Positions 1 through 9,263 of a stretch of 64,000 bases of DNA are shown here, in pieces. Source of the DNA: a bacterium. GTDB taxonomy: Bacteria > UBA8248. The stretch is taken from the NCBI GenBank assembly GCA_965213685.1, contig CBDBZY010000003.1:96001-160000 (forward strand). Reading direction: 5' to 3'. Position 1 is the first letter of the stretch. Each line of letters starts with the position of its first letter. The position numbers were made by a program, and so were the translations under genes. Below the pieces are notes generated by a model. That model did no database searches. It was not told the DNA's origin and saw only the letters and a program-made list of their open reading frames with translations.

Positions 1-1
1 C

Positions 2-148
2 GAGAAGCCCCTGCTGGAGCTCGTGCTCCGTGAGACGGGCGGGAACCAGGTGCAGGCGTCGCGCCTGCTGGGCATGAACCGAAACACGCTGAGAAGAAAA
101 CTCCGGGAGCTGGGAATCGCCCACCCCTCCCGCAGCCGCCGGAGGTAG
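2..148 (+). CDS. C-terminal Fis-type HTH of a sigma54/NtrC-family regulator (5' partial)
   Basis: Frame 2 reads EKPLLELVLRETGGNQVQASRLLGMNRNTLRRKL..., stop TAG at 146-148; classic HTH_8 signature GNQxxAxxLLGxNRNTL. Confidence 0.85.
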   Translation, partial: EKPLLELVLRETGGNQVQASRLLGMNRNTLRRKLRELGIAHPSRSRRR

Positions 149-153
149 CGTTC

Positions 154-915
154 GTGCCGTCCCGGGACGCCGGGTTTGCCGCCCTCATCCTCGCCGCCGG
201 GCAGGGCAGGCGGATGAACTCCCCGCTGGCCAAGGTGCTGCACCCGCTGGGCGGAGAACCCATGATCCGCCATGTCGTGGCGGCCGCGAGGGAGGCGGAC
301 GCCGCGCCCATCGTCATCGTCGTGGGCCATCAGGCCGCCGCCGTGCGGGGGGCGTTCGCGGACGATGGGAAGGGGCTCATCTTCGCCGTTCAGGAACGGA
401 GGCTCGGAACGGCCCACGCCGCCGGGGTCGGCCTGTCCGCCTTGCCCATCCGGGAGGGGCATCTTTTTTTGTTGTGCGGCGACGCGCCCCTGATACGCGC
501 GGCGACGCTGAGGCATCTGGGCCGTCATCACGCCCGCGCGCGCGCGGCCGCCACCATGCTGACGGCCATCGCCGAGGATCCGGCCGGCTACGGCCGCGTG
601 GTGCGGAAGGGGGCGGAGCTCGCAGGCGTGGTGGAGGAGGCGGATGCGACGGACGCGCAGAGGCGGATTGCGGAGGTCAACACAGGTGCCTATGTCTTCG
701 ACCTCCCTTTCCTGCGGGCCGCCCTGCCGGGGATTACGCCCGAGAACAGCCAGGGAGAGTTTTATCTGCCCGATGTCCTCGCGGTCGCGCGCACCCGCGG
801 CCGCCCGGTTCTCGGCGTTCCGCTGGCGACGCCCCGGGAGGGGCTGGGGGTGAACACGCAGGCGGATTTGCGCAAGGCCGAGGAAATCCACAGGCGAAGG
901 AATTCCCGGGGTTGA
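154..915 (+). CDS. GlmU N-terminal domain only (GlcNAc-1-P uridylyltransferase)
   Basis: LAAGQGRRMNS..KVLH, Q..RLGTAHA, GDAPL, GYGRV, EVNTG, QGEFYLPD, GVN motifs; ends before any hexapeptide domain. Confidence 0.85.
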   Translation: MPSRDAGFAALILAAGQGRRMNSPLAKVLHPLGGEPMIRHVVAAAREADAAPIVIVVGHQAAAVRGAFADDGKGLIFAVQERRLGTAHAAGVGLSALPIREGHLFLLCGDAPLIRAATLRHLGRHHARARAAATMLTAIAEDPAGYGRVVRKGAELAGVVEEADATDAQRRIAEVNTGAYVFDLPFLRAALPGITPENSQGEFYLPDVLAVARTRGRPVLGVPLATPREGLGVNTQADLRKAEEIHRRRNSRG

Positions 916-918
916 AGC

Positions 919-947
919 GTGCAAACCCCCGCCGGGTTTGCTATAAT
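919..947 (+). promoter_or_regulatory. sigma70-type promoter with extended -10 and an internal inverted repeat
   Basis: GTGCAA(919-924)-17 nt-TATAAT(942-947) preceded by TG-n; gcaaaccc(921-928)/gggtttgc(934-941) inverted repeat. Confidence 0.6.
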
Positions 948-1039
948 CCTCCAAAGAAAGAGATCGAAACGACACGCCCGAGAACCGCCCCATCCGCCCA
1001 TTTTTGCGTCGCGCCCGACGGGTGTTCAGGAGGTGTCTG

Positions 1040-2248
1040 GTGAAAGCGCTGATCCTGGCGGCCGGCCCCGGGGCCGGTTTGTACCCTTTTACGGATACCC
1101 GGCCGAAGGCCATGTTGCCGGTGGCGGGCGAGACGCTCCTGCACACGACGGTGGGGAAGATGCGGGCCGCCGGCGTGGGGGAGCTTGTCATCGTCGTCGG
1201 CCATCGCGCCGAGAAGATCATGGGCGAGTTCGAGCAGGGTGCGCGCTACGGGATGGCGATTCACTACATCCGGCAGGATGAGCCAACCGGAATCCGCGAC
1301 GCCATCCGGCTGGCCAGGAGGCATTTTGAGGGGGATGAATCATTTTTGCTGGTATATGCCGACGTTCTGTCCTCCGAAAACATGTATCGGCAGGTCATGC
1401 AGACGTTCGGGTCGTTTCAGGAGCCCGTGGCGGCGATTTGTCATACGCCCCAGGCGCAGAACTACGGCGCGGTGTATCTGGGCGAGGACATGCGGATAGA
1501 GCGGATGGTGGAGAAGCCCGCGGATCGGTCGGTGGGCAATTACGTTCTGGCCGGCGTGTTCGTCATGCCGCGCCGGATATTCGACCTGCTGGAAAGCCGC
1601 GAGATGGATGAGTCCCTGAACGTGATATGCGCGGAGGAGGGCCTGCGCTCCTCGATTTGGGAGGGCCCCTGGCTGGACGCCCAGCACCCCTGGGACCTGC
1701 TCCAGGGCAACCGGATGATCATGGACACCTGGAAGGAAGCCCGCGTGGACGGAAGCGTGCAGCTCCGGGGCGCGGTGCAGTTTCGCGGCCCCGTGATGAT
1801 CGAGAAAAACGTGGTGATCGAATCGGGCGCCTCCATATTCGGCCCCTGCTTTATCGGGGAGGGCACGTTTTTGGGGAACGGGGTTTTGGTGCGTCCCTAT
1901 ACGGCCATCGGCGCGCGCTCGATCATCGGGTTCGGCGTGGAGCTGAAAAACTGCATCCTGCTGGACGGCGTGCGGGTGGGGCGCCTCTCCTTCGTGGGGG
2001 ACAGCGTAATCGGCGAGGACGTCGTCCTGGGCTCCGGAACGATAACGCTGGTTCAGAATCTCGACCAGTCCGTCCTCCGGGTGCGCATGCCGGAGGGAGA
2101 CGTGGATTCCGGCCTCGACCAGGTGGGCGCTTTCGTGGGCGACGGGGCGCGGGTGGGCGCCTCGAACACGCTGGCCACGGGCGCCGTCATCGCGCCCGAC
2201 GAAGTGATTCCGCATCATTGCACGTATCCACGGGGCGAGAATTTCTGA
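1040..2248 (+). CDS. Archaeal-type bifunctional sugar-1-P nucleotidyltransferase/acetyltransferase-like protein (GlmU paralog with degenerate catalytic motifs)
   Basis: GTG start after AGGAGG; KALILAAG..PKAMLPV, VEKP, and a C-terminal hexapeptide repeat domain. Confidence 0.8.
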   Translation: MKALILAAGPGAGLYPFTDTRPKAMLPVAGETLLHTTVGKMRAAGVGELVIVVGHRAEKIMGEFEQGARYGMAIHYIRQDEPTGIRDAIRLARRHFEGDESFLLVYADVLSSENMYRQVMQTFGSFQEPVAAICHTPQAQNYGAVYLGEDMRIERMVEKPADRSVGNYVLAGVFVMPRRIFDLLESREMDESLNVICAEEGLRSSIWEGPWLDAQHPWDLLQGNRMIMDTWKEARVDGSVQLRGAVQFRGPVMIEKNVVIESGASIFGPCFIGEGTFLGNGVLVRPYTAIGARSIIGFGVELKNCILLDGVRVGRLSFVGDSVIGEDVVLGSGTITLVQNLDQSVLRVRMPEGDVDSGLDQVGAFVGDGARVGASNTLATGAVIAPDEVIPHHCTYPRGENF

Positions 2249-2404
2249 TGGGCGCGACGGCGGAGATGGGAGCGATGCGATGCGGCGCGTCCCGCGCGTG
2301 TTCGCCCACCGGGGAAGAGAGAATTTCTGATGCGCGGCGTCATGGGCATGCAAGCGATGCGCGCGGCGTCCCGTACGTGTTCGCCCACCAGGGAAGCGAG
2401 AATT
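2237..2404 (+). repeat. Imperfect tandem duplication (82 bp and 79 bp units) upstream of glmS
   Basis: gagaatt starts at 2237, 2319 and 2398; both units share gagaatttctgatg, gcgatgcg, gcgtcccg and cgtgttcgcccacc.gggaag. Confidence 0.8.
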
Positions 2405-2407
2405 AAA

Positions 2408-4231
2408 ATGTGCGGCATCGCGGGCATGGCGGCGTGCTCCAACATTTCCCAGAAGCTTCTGCGATCGATATTCGCCCTCGAATACCGGGGGTATGACTCC
2501 TGTGGCATGGCCATTCAAAGAAACGGGAGGATCGACATACGCAAAGACGTGGGCACCGTGGAGGCGGTGAACGCCATCAAACGCTTCTCGGACATGAGGG
2601 GACTCGTGGGCATCGCCCATACGCGCTGGGCGACGCATGGCGGGGTGACGCGGGAGAACGCGCATCCGCACTCCGACAACCAGAGCCGTCTGGCCGTGGT
2701 GCACAACGGCATCATTTCCAACTACCGCGCGCTGCGGGAGCGGCTCGAGGCGGGCGGTGCGCGGTTCGAGTCGGAAACCGACACGGAAGTCATCGCGCAC
2801 CTCATGTCGGAGAAGATAGCGGAAAACGCCCAGAACGTGGAGAAGGGTTTCGTGGCGGCACTGCGCGAGATCGAGGGCACCTTCGCGGTGGCGGCACTCT
2901 CCGTGGACGCGCCGGGCGTGATTTATTGCGTGAAGCGCGAGTCGCCCCTCGTCATCGGGTTGGGCGACGACGCCCACTACATCGGGTCGGATTTCAGCGC
3001 CTTCATCGAGTTCACCCGCCAGGCGGTCGTCATGGAGGATGACGAATACGCGATCGTCACCCCCGAGGCCTACGCGGTCAAGAGTCTGCTCACCGGGGAG
3101 AAGGTCGACAAGCAGATCACGGAGATCGAGTGGGACGTCGGGATGGCGCAGCGGGGCGGCTATCCCCACTTCATGCTCAAGGAGATATACGATCAGCCGG
3201 CCACCGTCCAGGCCGCCCTCACAATACCCAGGGTGGACGTCCAGTCCCTCGCCCGGATGATTCATGAATCGCGGCATTGCTTTCTGTGCGGCGTGGGCAC
3301 CACCTACTATACCGCGTCGATGGGCCAGTATTTCTTCAGTCGTTTGGGCGGCAGGTATCTGCCGGTGGTCAGCGCGGATGAATTTCCCCACCTCGCGGAG
3401 GTCGGCCCCGACGACAGCTTTTGCGCCATCAGCCAGTCGGGGGAAACCTACGACACGCTGCGCGCTCTGCGCTACGCGAAATCCCGGGGGGCGCGGACGG
3501 CGGGCATCGTCAACGTGATGGGCTCCACCCTGGTTCGTTCGGTGGACGTTCCGATTCTGCAGGGCGCGGGGCCGGAGAAATGCGTGATCAGCACCAAGGC
3601 GGCGCTGAGCCAGACGGTCATCCTGCTGCTCGCGGCCATCGAGCTGGGCCTTCTCAAAGGGCGCTTGCGCGAGGCGGAGGCGGCGGGGATGAGAGAGGAG
3701 GTCGCCTCCTTGTCGTCCCTGCTCTCCGACGCCTTGAACGAGTGTTCCGGCTTCTTTCACACGGCGGCGCAGGAGCACCAGCACATGAAGAACTGGCTCT
3801 ACCTGGGCCGCGGCGTCTATTACCCCGCGGCGCTCGAATGCGCGCTGAAGATGAAGGAGGTCACCTATCTCCACGCGGAGGGAATGAGCGCGGGCTTCCT
3901 CAAGCACGGCACCATCTCCCTGATAGACGAGAACATGCACACCATCGTCCTGATGCCCACGCCCGAGGAGGCCGAGCTGCATGCGCTCACGCGCGGCAGC
4001 GCGGAGGAGGTGCGCGCGCGCGGCGGGTTCGTCCTGGGCTACCGCTTCGAGGGAGACGATGCGGTGGAGGGGCTGTTCAGCCAGGAAATCGTCCTGCCCC
4101 GGGTGTCCGCGCTCCTCGCGCCCTTCCTGCATCTGGTGTCGGGGCAACTGCTGGCCTACTTCCTCGCGGTGGCCCTCGGTCGGGACGTGGACAGGCCGCG
4201 CGCCCTGGCGAAGTCCGTGACCGTCGCCTAG
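2408..4231 (+). CDS. glmS: Glutamine--fructose-6-phosphate transaminase (isomerizing)
   Basis: N-terminal MCGI, LEYRGYDS, HTRWATHG, HNGII, SQSGET, and C-terminal PRALAKSVTV. Confidence 0.97.
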   Translation: MCGIAGMAACSNISQKLLRSIFALEYRGYDSCGMAIQRNGRIDIRKDVGTVEAVNAIKRFSDMRGLVGIAHTRWATHGGVTRENAHPHSDNQSRLAVVHNGIISNYRALRERLEAGGARFESETDTEVIAHLMSEKIAENAQNVEKGFVAALREIEGTFAVAALSVDAPGVIYCVKRESPLVIGLGDDAHYIGSDFSAFIEFTRQAVVMEDDEYAIVTPEAYAVKSLLTGEKVDKQITEIEWDVGMAQRGGYPHFMLKEIYDQPATVQAALTIPRVDVQSLARMIHESRHCFLCGVGTTYYTASMGQYFFSRLGGRYLPVVSADEFPHLAEVGPDDSFCAISQSGETYDTLRALRYAKSRGARTAGIVNVMGSTLVRSVDVPILQGAGPEKCVISTKAALSQTVILLLAAIELGLLKGRLREAEAAGMREEVASLSSLLSDALNECSGFFHTAAQEHQHMKNWLYLGRGVYYPAALECALKMKEVTYLHAEGMSAGFLKHGTISLIDENMHTIVLMPTPEEAELHALTRGSAEEVRARGGFVLGYRFEGDDAVEGLFSQEIVLPRVSALLAPFLHLVSGQLLAYFLAVALGRDVDRPRALAKSVTVA

Positions 4232-4248
4232 GCGCCCTCCCTCCCCCG

Positions 4249-6186
4249 ATGCCAGTCGTGAAGTTCCAGGGAACGGACGGGGTTCGCGGGCTGGTGGCCG
4301 GCGCGCGCCATCCGGGGGCGGTGGGCGCCGACCCCCGCGCGGCGTTTGCGGAGCATGGGGTCATCACGCCGGAATTCATCGAGCATTACGTTTTCGAGGC
4401 GGGCCGCTGGCTTTTGGAGAGGGCGTCCGAGCGGCTCATCTCGCCCGCCGCGGTGGTGCTGGCCTGGGACCCCCGGGACGAGGGGGGCGCGTTGTCCGGT
4501 GCCTGCGTGAACGCCCTCTTGCGTTCGGGTGCGCACGTTCTCTCCACGGGCGTGATGCCTACGCCGGTGGCCGCCGTCTATCTGGCGGGCGTGGGGGGTG
4601 CCGGCGCGGTGGTGCTCACCGCCTCCCACAATCCGGCGGATCAGAATGGCGTGAAAATCCTCCTGTCCCCCGACTCGGCGAAGCCCCTGCCGGACGAGGA
4701 CGAGGCGCTCAGCGCGCGCGTCTGGGCGAGCGGCCGGGGCGCGGCGGCGCAGCAACATGCGCCCGCGAGCGGCCGCTGCGCGGAGTGTGCGGCGGAGGCC
4801 CGCGCGTTTTACGGCGACTACATCGCCCGGCTGTCCAACTGCTGGCTGCGCGAGGGCGACCTCGCCCGATGGGACGTGGTGGTGGACCCGGCGGGAGGGG
4901 CGTGGAGCGGGGTGGCCGCCCAGGTGCTGGAGGGATTCTCCCCGTTGCGCGTCCGGGAGGTGAACCCGCTGGGCACCGCTCGCGTGAACGAGGGCGGCGG
5001 CGTGGTCGCACTCGAGGGCAGGCGCGCCGTCCCGGGGGCGGACGCCGGCCTGATAGACGCCCATGCGGGCGTGCGCGCCCTTTTCGAGGCGGGGCGTGCG
5101 CGGCGGGACGCGCTCGCGCGCGGGGACGGCGTGGCGGCCGCCTGCGTCTTCGATGCCGACGGCGACAGGGGCTACGCCCTCGTCTACAACCCGTTTCGGG
5201 ACGCGCTTCACATACTGGACGGAGATGACGCACTCCTCCTGCAGGCGCGTTTTTTGCGGTCCGAGCGGGAGCTGCCCGACGGGGGCGTGGCCGCCATCAC
5301 CATGGAGAGTGATTCCGGTGCGGCGGCGGCCCTGTCGCGGACGGGGTTGCGGGTGGTCTTCACCCCCGTGGGGGACAAATGGATTCTGCGCGAGGCCCGC
5401 AGATGGGGGGATCGCTTCGTGATGGGCGGGGAGGAGTCCGGCCATACGGTCGTTCCGGGCCTGCTGGCGAACGCGGCGGGCGAGCCGCGCAGGCTCGCCG
5501 CGGGAGACGGCCTCAAGAGCTTTCTCAACACTTGCGCGGCGGTGCAGGGACTTTTCCGGGCGGAGGGCGCGGAGGCTGCGTATGCGGCCGTCGGCGCTCC
5601 GTTTCCCCGTGGATTCAAGAAGTCCTATTATGCCTACCATGTGGCGCGAAGCCGCCTGGCACCGGGCGCCTGCGCGCGCGAGGCCATCGGCGCGACGCTG
5701 TGGGCGAGTGCGAAACGCGCCTTCTCGGGCGTCGCCCTCCCGCGCTGGGCGCCGTTTGAGGACGCCCCCGACATCATGTATCTCGCCCTGGAGGATGACG
5801 CGGGCGGGCCGCTGGGCGCGGTGTATGTAAGAAACTCGGGCACGGAGAGCAGAACGGGCGTGGTGCTTCGGGGGCCCGGGGAGTGGGAGGCCAGGCTCCG
5901 CGCCGTGGGGGAGGAGGTCTTGCGCGAGATCCTCCGGCACATGAAGGACGGCGACGCCCCCGATGCGCGGGCGGAGTCCCATCTGCTCCAGGGCTTGCGG
6001 GAGCGCGACATGGACGCGGCGTCCCTCGACGCGCTCCTCGCGGCCGGCGCCGAGGCGCGCTTCGGCGCGCCCGTTCGAGCGGATCGGATACGCAAAGAGG
6101 CGCTGCGGGGCGGGCTGGCGCGGGCGGAGGGGAGTGTGTTGCGCATCACGCCGCTGGGCGCGTGGTATCTGGGGTTGCGGAAATGA
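4249..6186 (+). CDS. glmM: Phosphoglucosamine mutase / alpha-D-phosphohexomutase with C-terminal extension
   Basis: FQGTDGVRG, TASHNP (phospho-Ser), DADGDR (metal), GGEESGH, RNSGTE; directly follows glmS. Confidence 0.8.
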   Translation: MPVVKFQGTDGVRGLVAGARHPGAVGADPRAAFAEHGVITPEFIEHYVFEAGRWLLERASERLISPAAVVLAWDPRDEGGALSGACVNALLRSGAHVLSTGVMPTPVAAVYLAGVGGAGAVVLTASHNPADQNGVKILLSPDSAKPLPDEDEALSARVWASGRGAAAQQHAPASGRCAECAAEARAFYGDYIARLSNCWLREGDLARWDVVVDPAGGAWSGVAAQVLEGFSPLRVREVNPLGTARVNEGGGVVALEGRRAVPGADAGLIDAHAGVRALFEAGRARRDALARGDGVAAACVFDADGDRGYALVYNPFRDALHILDGDDALLLQARFLRSERELPDGGVAAITMESDSGAAAALSRTGLRVVFTPVGDKWILREARRWGDRFVMGGEESGHTVVPGLLANAAGEPRRLAAGDGLKSFLNTCAAVQGLFRAEGAEAAYAAVGAPFPRGFKKSYYAYHVARSRLAPGACAREAIGATLWASAKRAFSGVALPRWAPFEDAPDIMYLALEDDAGGPLGAVYVRNSGTESRTGVVLRGPGEWEARLRAVGEEVLREILRHMKDGDAPDARAESHLLQGLRERDMDAASLDALLAAGAEARFGAPVRADRIRKEALRGGLARAEGSVLRITPLGAWYLGLRK

Positions 6187-6962
6187 GTCGGACGGCCCCG
6201 GAGGTCTATTTCACCAGGCTGGGGGAGTTTCCCCACGCGGCTCTTCTGGAGGGCGCCGCGCACGCCTGGGAGGCGGTCGGCCTTCTGGAGGGCTTCGTCC
6301 GGAAGCTGGTGGATGAGGCGGACGCGCCCCCGCCGGGCGGCGACGCCCTGCGCGCCGAGGGGGACCTGGTGGTGAGCGCGGGTCTGTTCGCCTCGGGGGA
6401 GAGGCTCCGAATCGCCTCGGTCGGCCTGCTCGTGGAGGCGGGCGTCCGCATCGAGCCCGGCGTGGTCATCCGGGGTCCGACGGTGCTTTGCCAGGGCGCG
6501 CAGGTGCGGCACGGGGCGTATCTGAGAGGGGGCTGCCTCATTGGACCCGGCGCCGTCGTCGGACACGCGACGGAGGTGAAGAACAGCGCGTTTCTGAACG
6601 GCGCGCAGGCGGGGCATTTCGCCTACGTGGGAGACAGCATCCTGGGGGCGGACGCGAACCTGGGGGCGGGCGTCAAGCTGGCGAACCTCCGCTTTCGGAC
6701 GGAGGCGGAGAAGAGGACGCGCGACGTGAAAACCATTCGCCTGCGCGTGGATGGCGAGTCCCTCGACACCGGCCTGGCGAAATTCGGCGCCGTGGTGGGC
6801 GATGACGCCGAAATCGGCTGCAACGCGGTAACCTCGCCGGGCGCGATGCTGGGCCCCGGCTGCTGGGTGGCGCCGAACGTAACCGTCCCGAAGGGGACGT
6901 ATCCCGCGCGCACGTTCATCCGCGGGTCGGGCGCGCCGGGCGTCGGCCCGCGCAGGTTCTAG
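6183..6962 (+). CDS. Stand-alone glucosamine-1-phosphate N-acetyltransferase-like hexapeptide protein (GlmU C-terminal activity)
   Basis: ATGA overlap with glmM; VRHGAYLRG, GHATEVKNS, GHFAYVGDSILG, LGAGVKLANL, KFGAVVGD. Confidence 0.85.
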   Translation: MSRTAPEVYFTRLGEFPHAALLEGAAHAWEAVGLLEGFVRKLVDEADAPPPGGDALRAEGDLVVSAGLFASGERLRIASVGLLVEAGVRIEPGVVIRGPTVLCQGAQVRHGAYLRGGCLIGPGAVVGHATEVKNSAFLNGAQAGHFAYVGDSILGADANLGAGVKLANLRFRTEAEKRTRDVKTIRLRVDGESLDTGLAKFGAVVGDDAEIGCNAVTSPGAMLGPGCWVAPNVTVPKGTYPARTFIRGSGAPGVGPRRF

Positions 6963-6979
6963 CCCCGAGAGACACGTCC

Positions 6980-9244
6980 GTGGATTACCTCGACAACCTC
7001 AATCCCCAGCAAAGGAAGGCGGTTCTGGCGCCCCCCGGCGCGAACCTGGTGCTGGCCGGCGCAGGCTCGGGCAAAACGCGGGTGCTCGTCCACCGCGTCC
7101 TGCACCTGCTCGCCGAGGGGGTCGCCCCGGGGCGGATTCTGGCCATCACCTTCACCAACAAGGCGGCGGGCGAGATGCGCGAGCGCCTCTTCGCGGCGCC
7201 GGGGGGAGGGGCGCGAGGGATATGGACGGGAACCTTTCACGCCGTCTGCGCCCGCATCCTGAGAGCCGAGGCGGCCGCTGCGGGGCTCCCGCCCGGCTTC
7301 ACCATATTCTCGCGCTCGGAGTGCCTCTCCCTCGTAAAGCGGTGCATGGCGGAGCAGGGGATCAGCACCGAGCGGTATCCGCCGAAATCGCTGCTGGAGT
7401 GGATCGGACGCCGCAAAACCTCGGAGGAGGCGGACGATGCGGATTCGCCCGCGTTCAGCACCGGCGCGGTCGCCCGAAAGCTGGCGCCCCGCTATGAGCG
7501 CGCGCTGCGCGCGGCGGGCGCGGTGGATTTTGACGATCTGCTGGCGCAGCCCCTCCGCATGTTCCGGAAGCATCCCGACATCCTGAAAACCTACCAGGAG
7601 CGGTTCCTGGAGATACTCGTCGACGAATACCAGGACACCAACCCTGCGCAGGACGCGCTGGTCGCCCTCCTCTCGCGGGGCCACGGGAGGGTGTTCGCCG
7701 TGGGGGATGACGATCAGGGCATCTACAGCTGGCGGGGGGCGCGGGTGGAGAACATCCTGCACTTCGAGCGCAGGTTCCCGGAAGCCAGGGTGTTCCGCCT
7801 GGAGGAGAACTATCGCTCGAGCGGCGGGATACTGCGCGCCGCCTCCGGGATGATGGACGAGGCCCGGGCGCGCCGGCCCAAGCGCCTCTTCACGCGGAAT
7901 CAGGCGGGGGAGGCGGTTTGCTATCTGGAGGCGCAGGACGCGGACGCGGAGGCGGAATCCCTCATCGGCCGGCTCGTCCGGGAGGGGGCGGGCGGACGGA
8001 TTCCCTGGAGGGACGCCGCCGTCTTCTACCGGGTCAACACGCAATCGCGCCCGCTGGAGGAGGTGGCGCGGAGGCGGGGCATCCCCTACCGGGTCGTGAA
8101 GGGCCAGCGTTTTTTCGATCGCGCGGAGGTGCAGGATCTGGCCGCCTATCTGCGGGTGATCCACAGGCCGGAGGACGGAGTCGCTTTCTCCCGCATCGTG
8201 AACCGCCCGCCCCGGGGGCTGGGGCCGGAGCGGCTCAAGGCGATTGCACCGGAAGCATCCGCGAGCGTCACGCCCGCAGACGCGCGCGCCGCCCTGTCCG
8301 CCGGCCGGCTCAGAGGGGCGGCCGCGAGGAATCTCGGTGCGTTGCTGGAAACGCGCGATGCGCTCGCCTCGCGCGGCCTGGGTCCCGCGCGCCTGCTCGA
8401 GGAGGTGCTGGAGCGGACGGGATATCGCGCCTGGCTGGAGGGGATCGCACGCGGGAGCGTCTCGCCCGAGCGGCGTCGCGCGGCGGAGCGGGGGCTTGAG
8501 GGCGCCCGGGAGTTCGTGAACGCGGCGGTGGCGTTCGAGGCGCGGATGCGCGCGGAGGGGCGCGTCGCGTCCGATTCTCCCGAGGCGAGCACCCTGTTCC
8601 TGGAGGAGTTGGCGTTGATGGGCGAGGCCGATGAACTCTCCGGCGAGAGCGGCGCCCTCTCGCTGATGACGCTGCACGCGGCAAAGGGTCTCGAGTTCGC
8701 CGCTGTGGGCATCGTCGGCGTGCAGGAGGGGCTGATTCCGCACGGTCGTTCTCAGGACGCGCCGGCGTCCCTGGAGGAGGAGCGCAGGCTCCTGTATGTG
8801 GGGATGACGCGGGCGAAGGAGGTGCTGTGTCTCTCCTGGGCGCGGGAGAGGAAGTCCGAGTGGGGGCGCAAGAGTTGGGCGGCGAAGCCGAGCCGGTTCC
8901 TGGAGGGGTTGGGCGCGAAGCTCCTGAAGCGGGTGGGCGACCGCCTTCCGGCGGGCAAGGGGCCTCCGCGCACCTCTTCCGGCGCGCCGGCCTCCCGTCC
9001 TCACGGGACGCGGGACGCGCCCGCCGCCCCGCCGCCCGCAGCACTCGGCCCCTACCCGCCGGGTATGCGCGTGCGGCACAAGACATTCGGGCTGGGCGTC
9101 GTCTCCGCGCGCAACGGGGTGGGGGAGCGCGCGGTGGTGACCGTGGAGTTCGAGGAGGTCGGCCGGAAGAAGCTGGTGGTGCAACACGCGCCGATTGCGC
9201 CCGTGGACGGGGGCGTTGACGCGGGCGGGAAACCAAAGGTATAA
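6980..9244 (+). CDS. pcrA: UvrD/PcrA ATP-dependent DNA helicase
   Basis: AGAGSGKT, TFTNKAA, DEYQD, VGDDDQ, LEENYRS, TLHAAKGLEF, EERRLLYVGMTRA, C-terminal RVRHKTFGLG domain. Confidence 0.93.
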   Translation: MDYLDNLNPQQRKAVLAPPGANLVLAGAGSGKTRVLVHRVLHLLAEGVAPGRILAITFTNKAAGEMRERLFAAPGGGARGIWTGTFHAVCARILRAEAAAAGLPPGFTIFSRSECLSLVKRCMAEQGISTERYPPKSLLEWIGRRKTSEEADDADSPAFSTGAVARKLAPRYERALRAAGAVDFDDLLAQPLRMFRKHPDILKTYQERFLEILVDEYQDTNPAQDALVALLSRGHGRVFAVGDDDQGIYSWRGARVENILHFERRFPEARVFRLEENYRSSGGILRAASGMMDEARARRPKRLFTRNQAGEAVCYLEAQDADAEAESLIGRLVREGAGGRIPWRDAAVFYRVNTQSRPLEEVARRRGIPYRVVKGQRFFDRAEVQDLAAYLRVIHRPEDGVAFSRIVNRPPRGLGPERLKAIAPEASASVTPADARAALSAGRLRGAAARNLGALLETRDALASRGLGPARLLEEVLERTGYRAWLEGIARGSVSPERRRAAERGLEGAREFVNAAVAFEARMRAEGRVASDSPEASTLFLEELALMGEADELSGESGALSLMTLHAAKGLEFAAVGIVGVQEGLIPHGRSQDAPASLEEERRLLYVGMTRAKEVLCLSWARERKSEWGRKSWAAKPSRFLEGLGAKLLKRVGDRLPAGKGPPRTSSGAPASRPHGTRDAPAAPPPAALGPYPPGMRVRHKTFGLGVVSARNGVGERAVVTVEFEEVGRKKLVVQHAPIAPVDGGVDAGGKPKV

Positions 9245-9245
9245 G
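9216..9245 (+). promoter_or_regulatory. Putative sigma70 promoter for the gatC-menaquinone genes
   Basis: TTGACG(9216-9221)-18 nt-TATAAG(9240-9245), followed by a GGAGG RBS. Confidence 0.5.
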
Positions 9246-9263
9246 AGCGGGAAGGAGGGGGTG

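Noticed and set aside
2237-2404. Mini-CRISPR array or glmS ribozyme
   Set aside because: The putative spacers resemble each other (tandem duplication), no cas genes are present, and the glmS ribozyme core could not be found.
3421-4248. N-terminal 276 aa of the 921-aa ORF, suggesting a fusion
   Set aside because: Out-of-frame overlap with glmS; the mutase homology begins at ATG 4249. The same over-extension affects ORFs listed as 53024-55519, 58989-60920 and 61758-63182.
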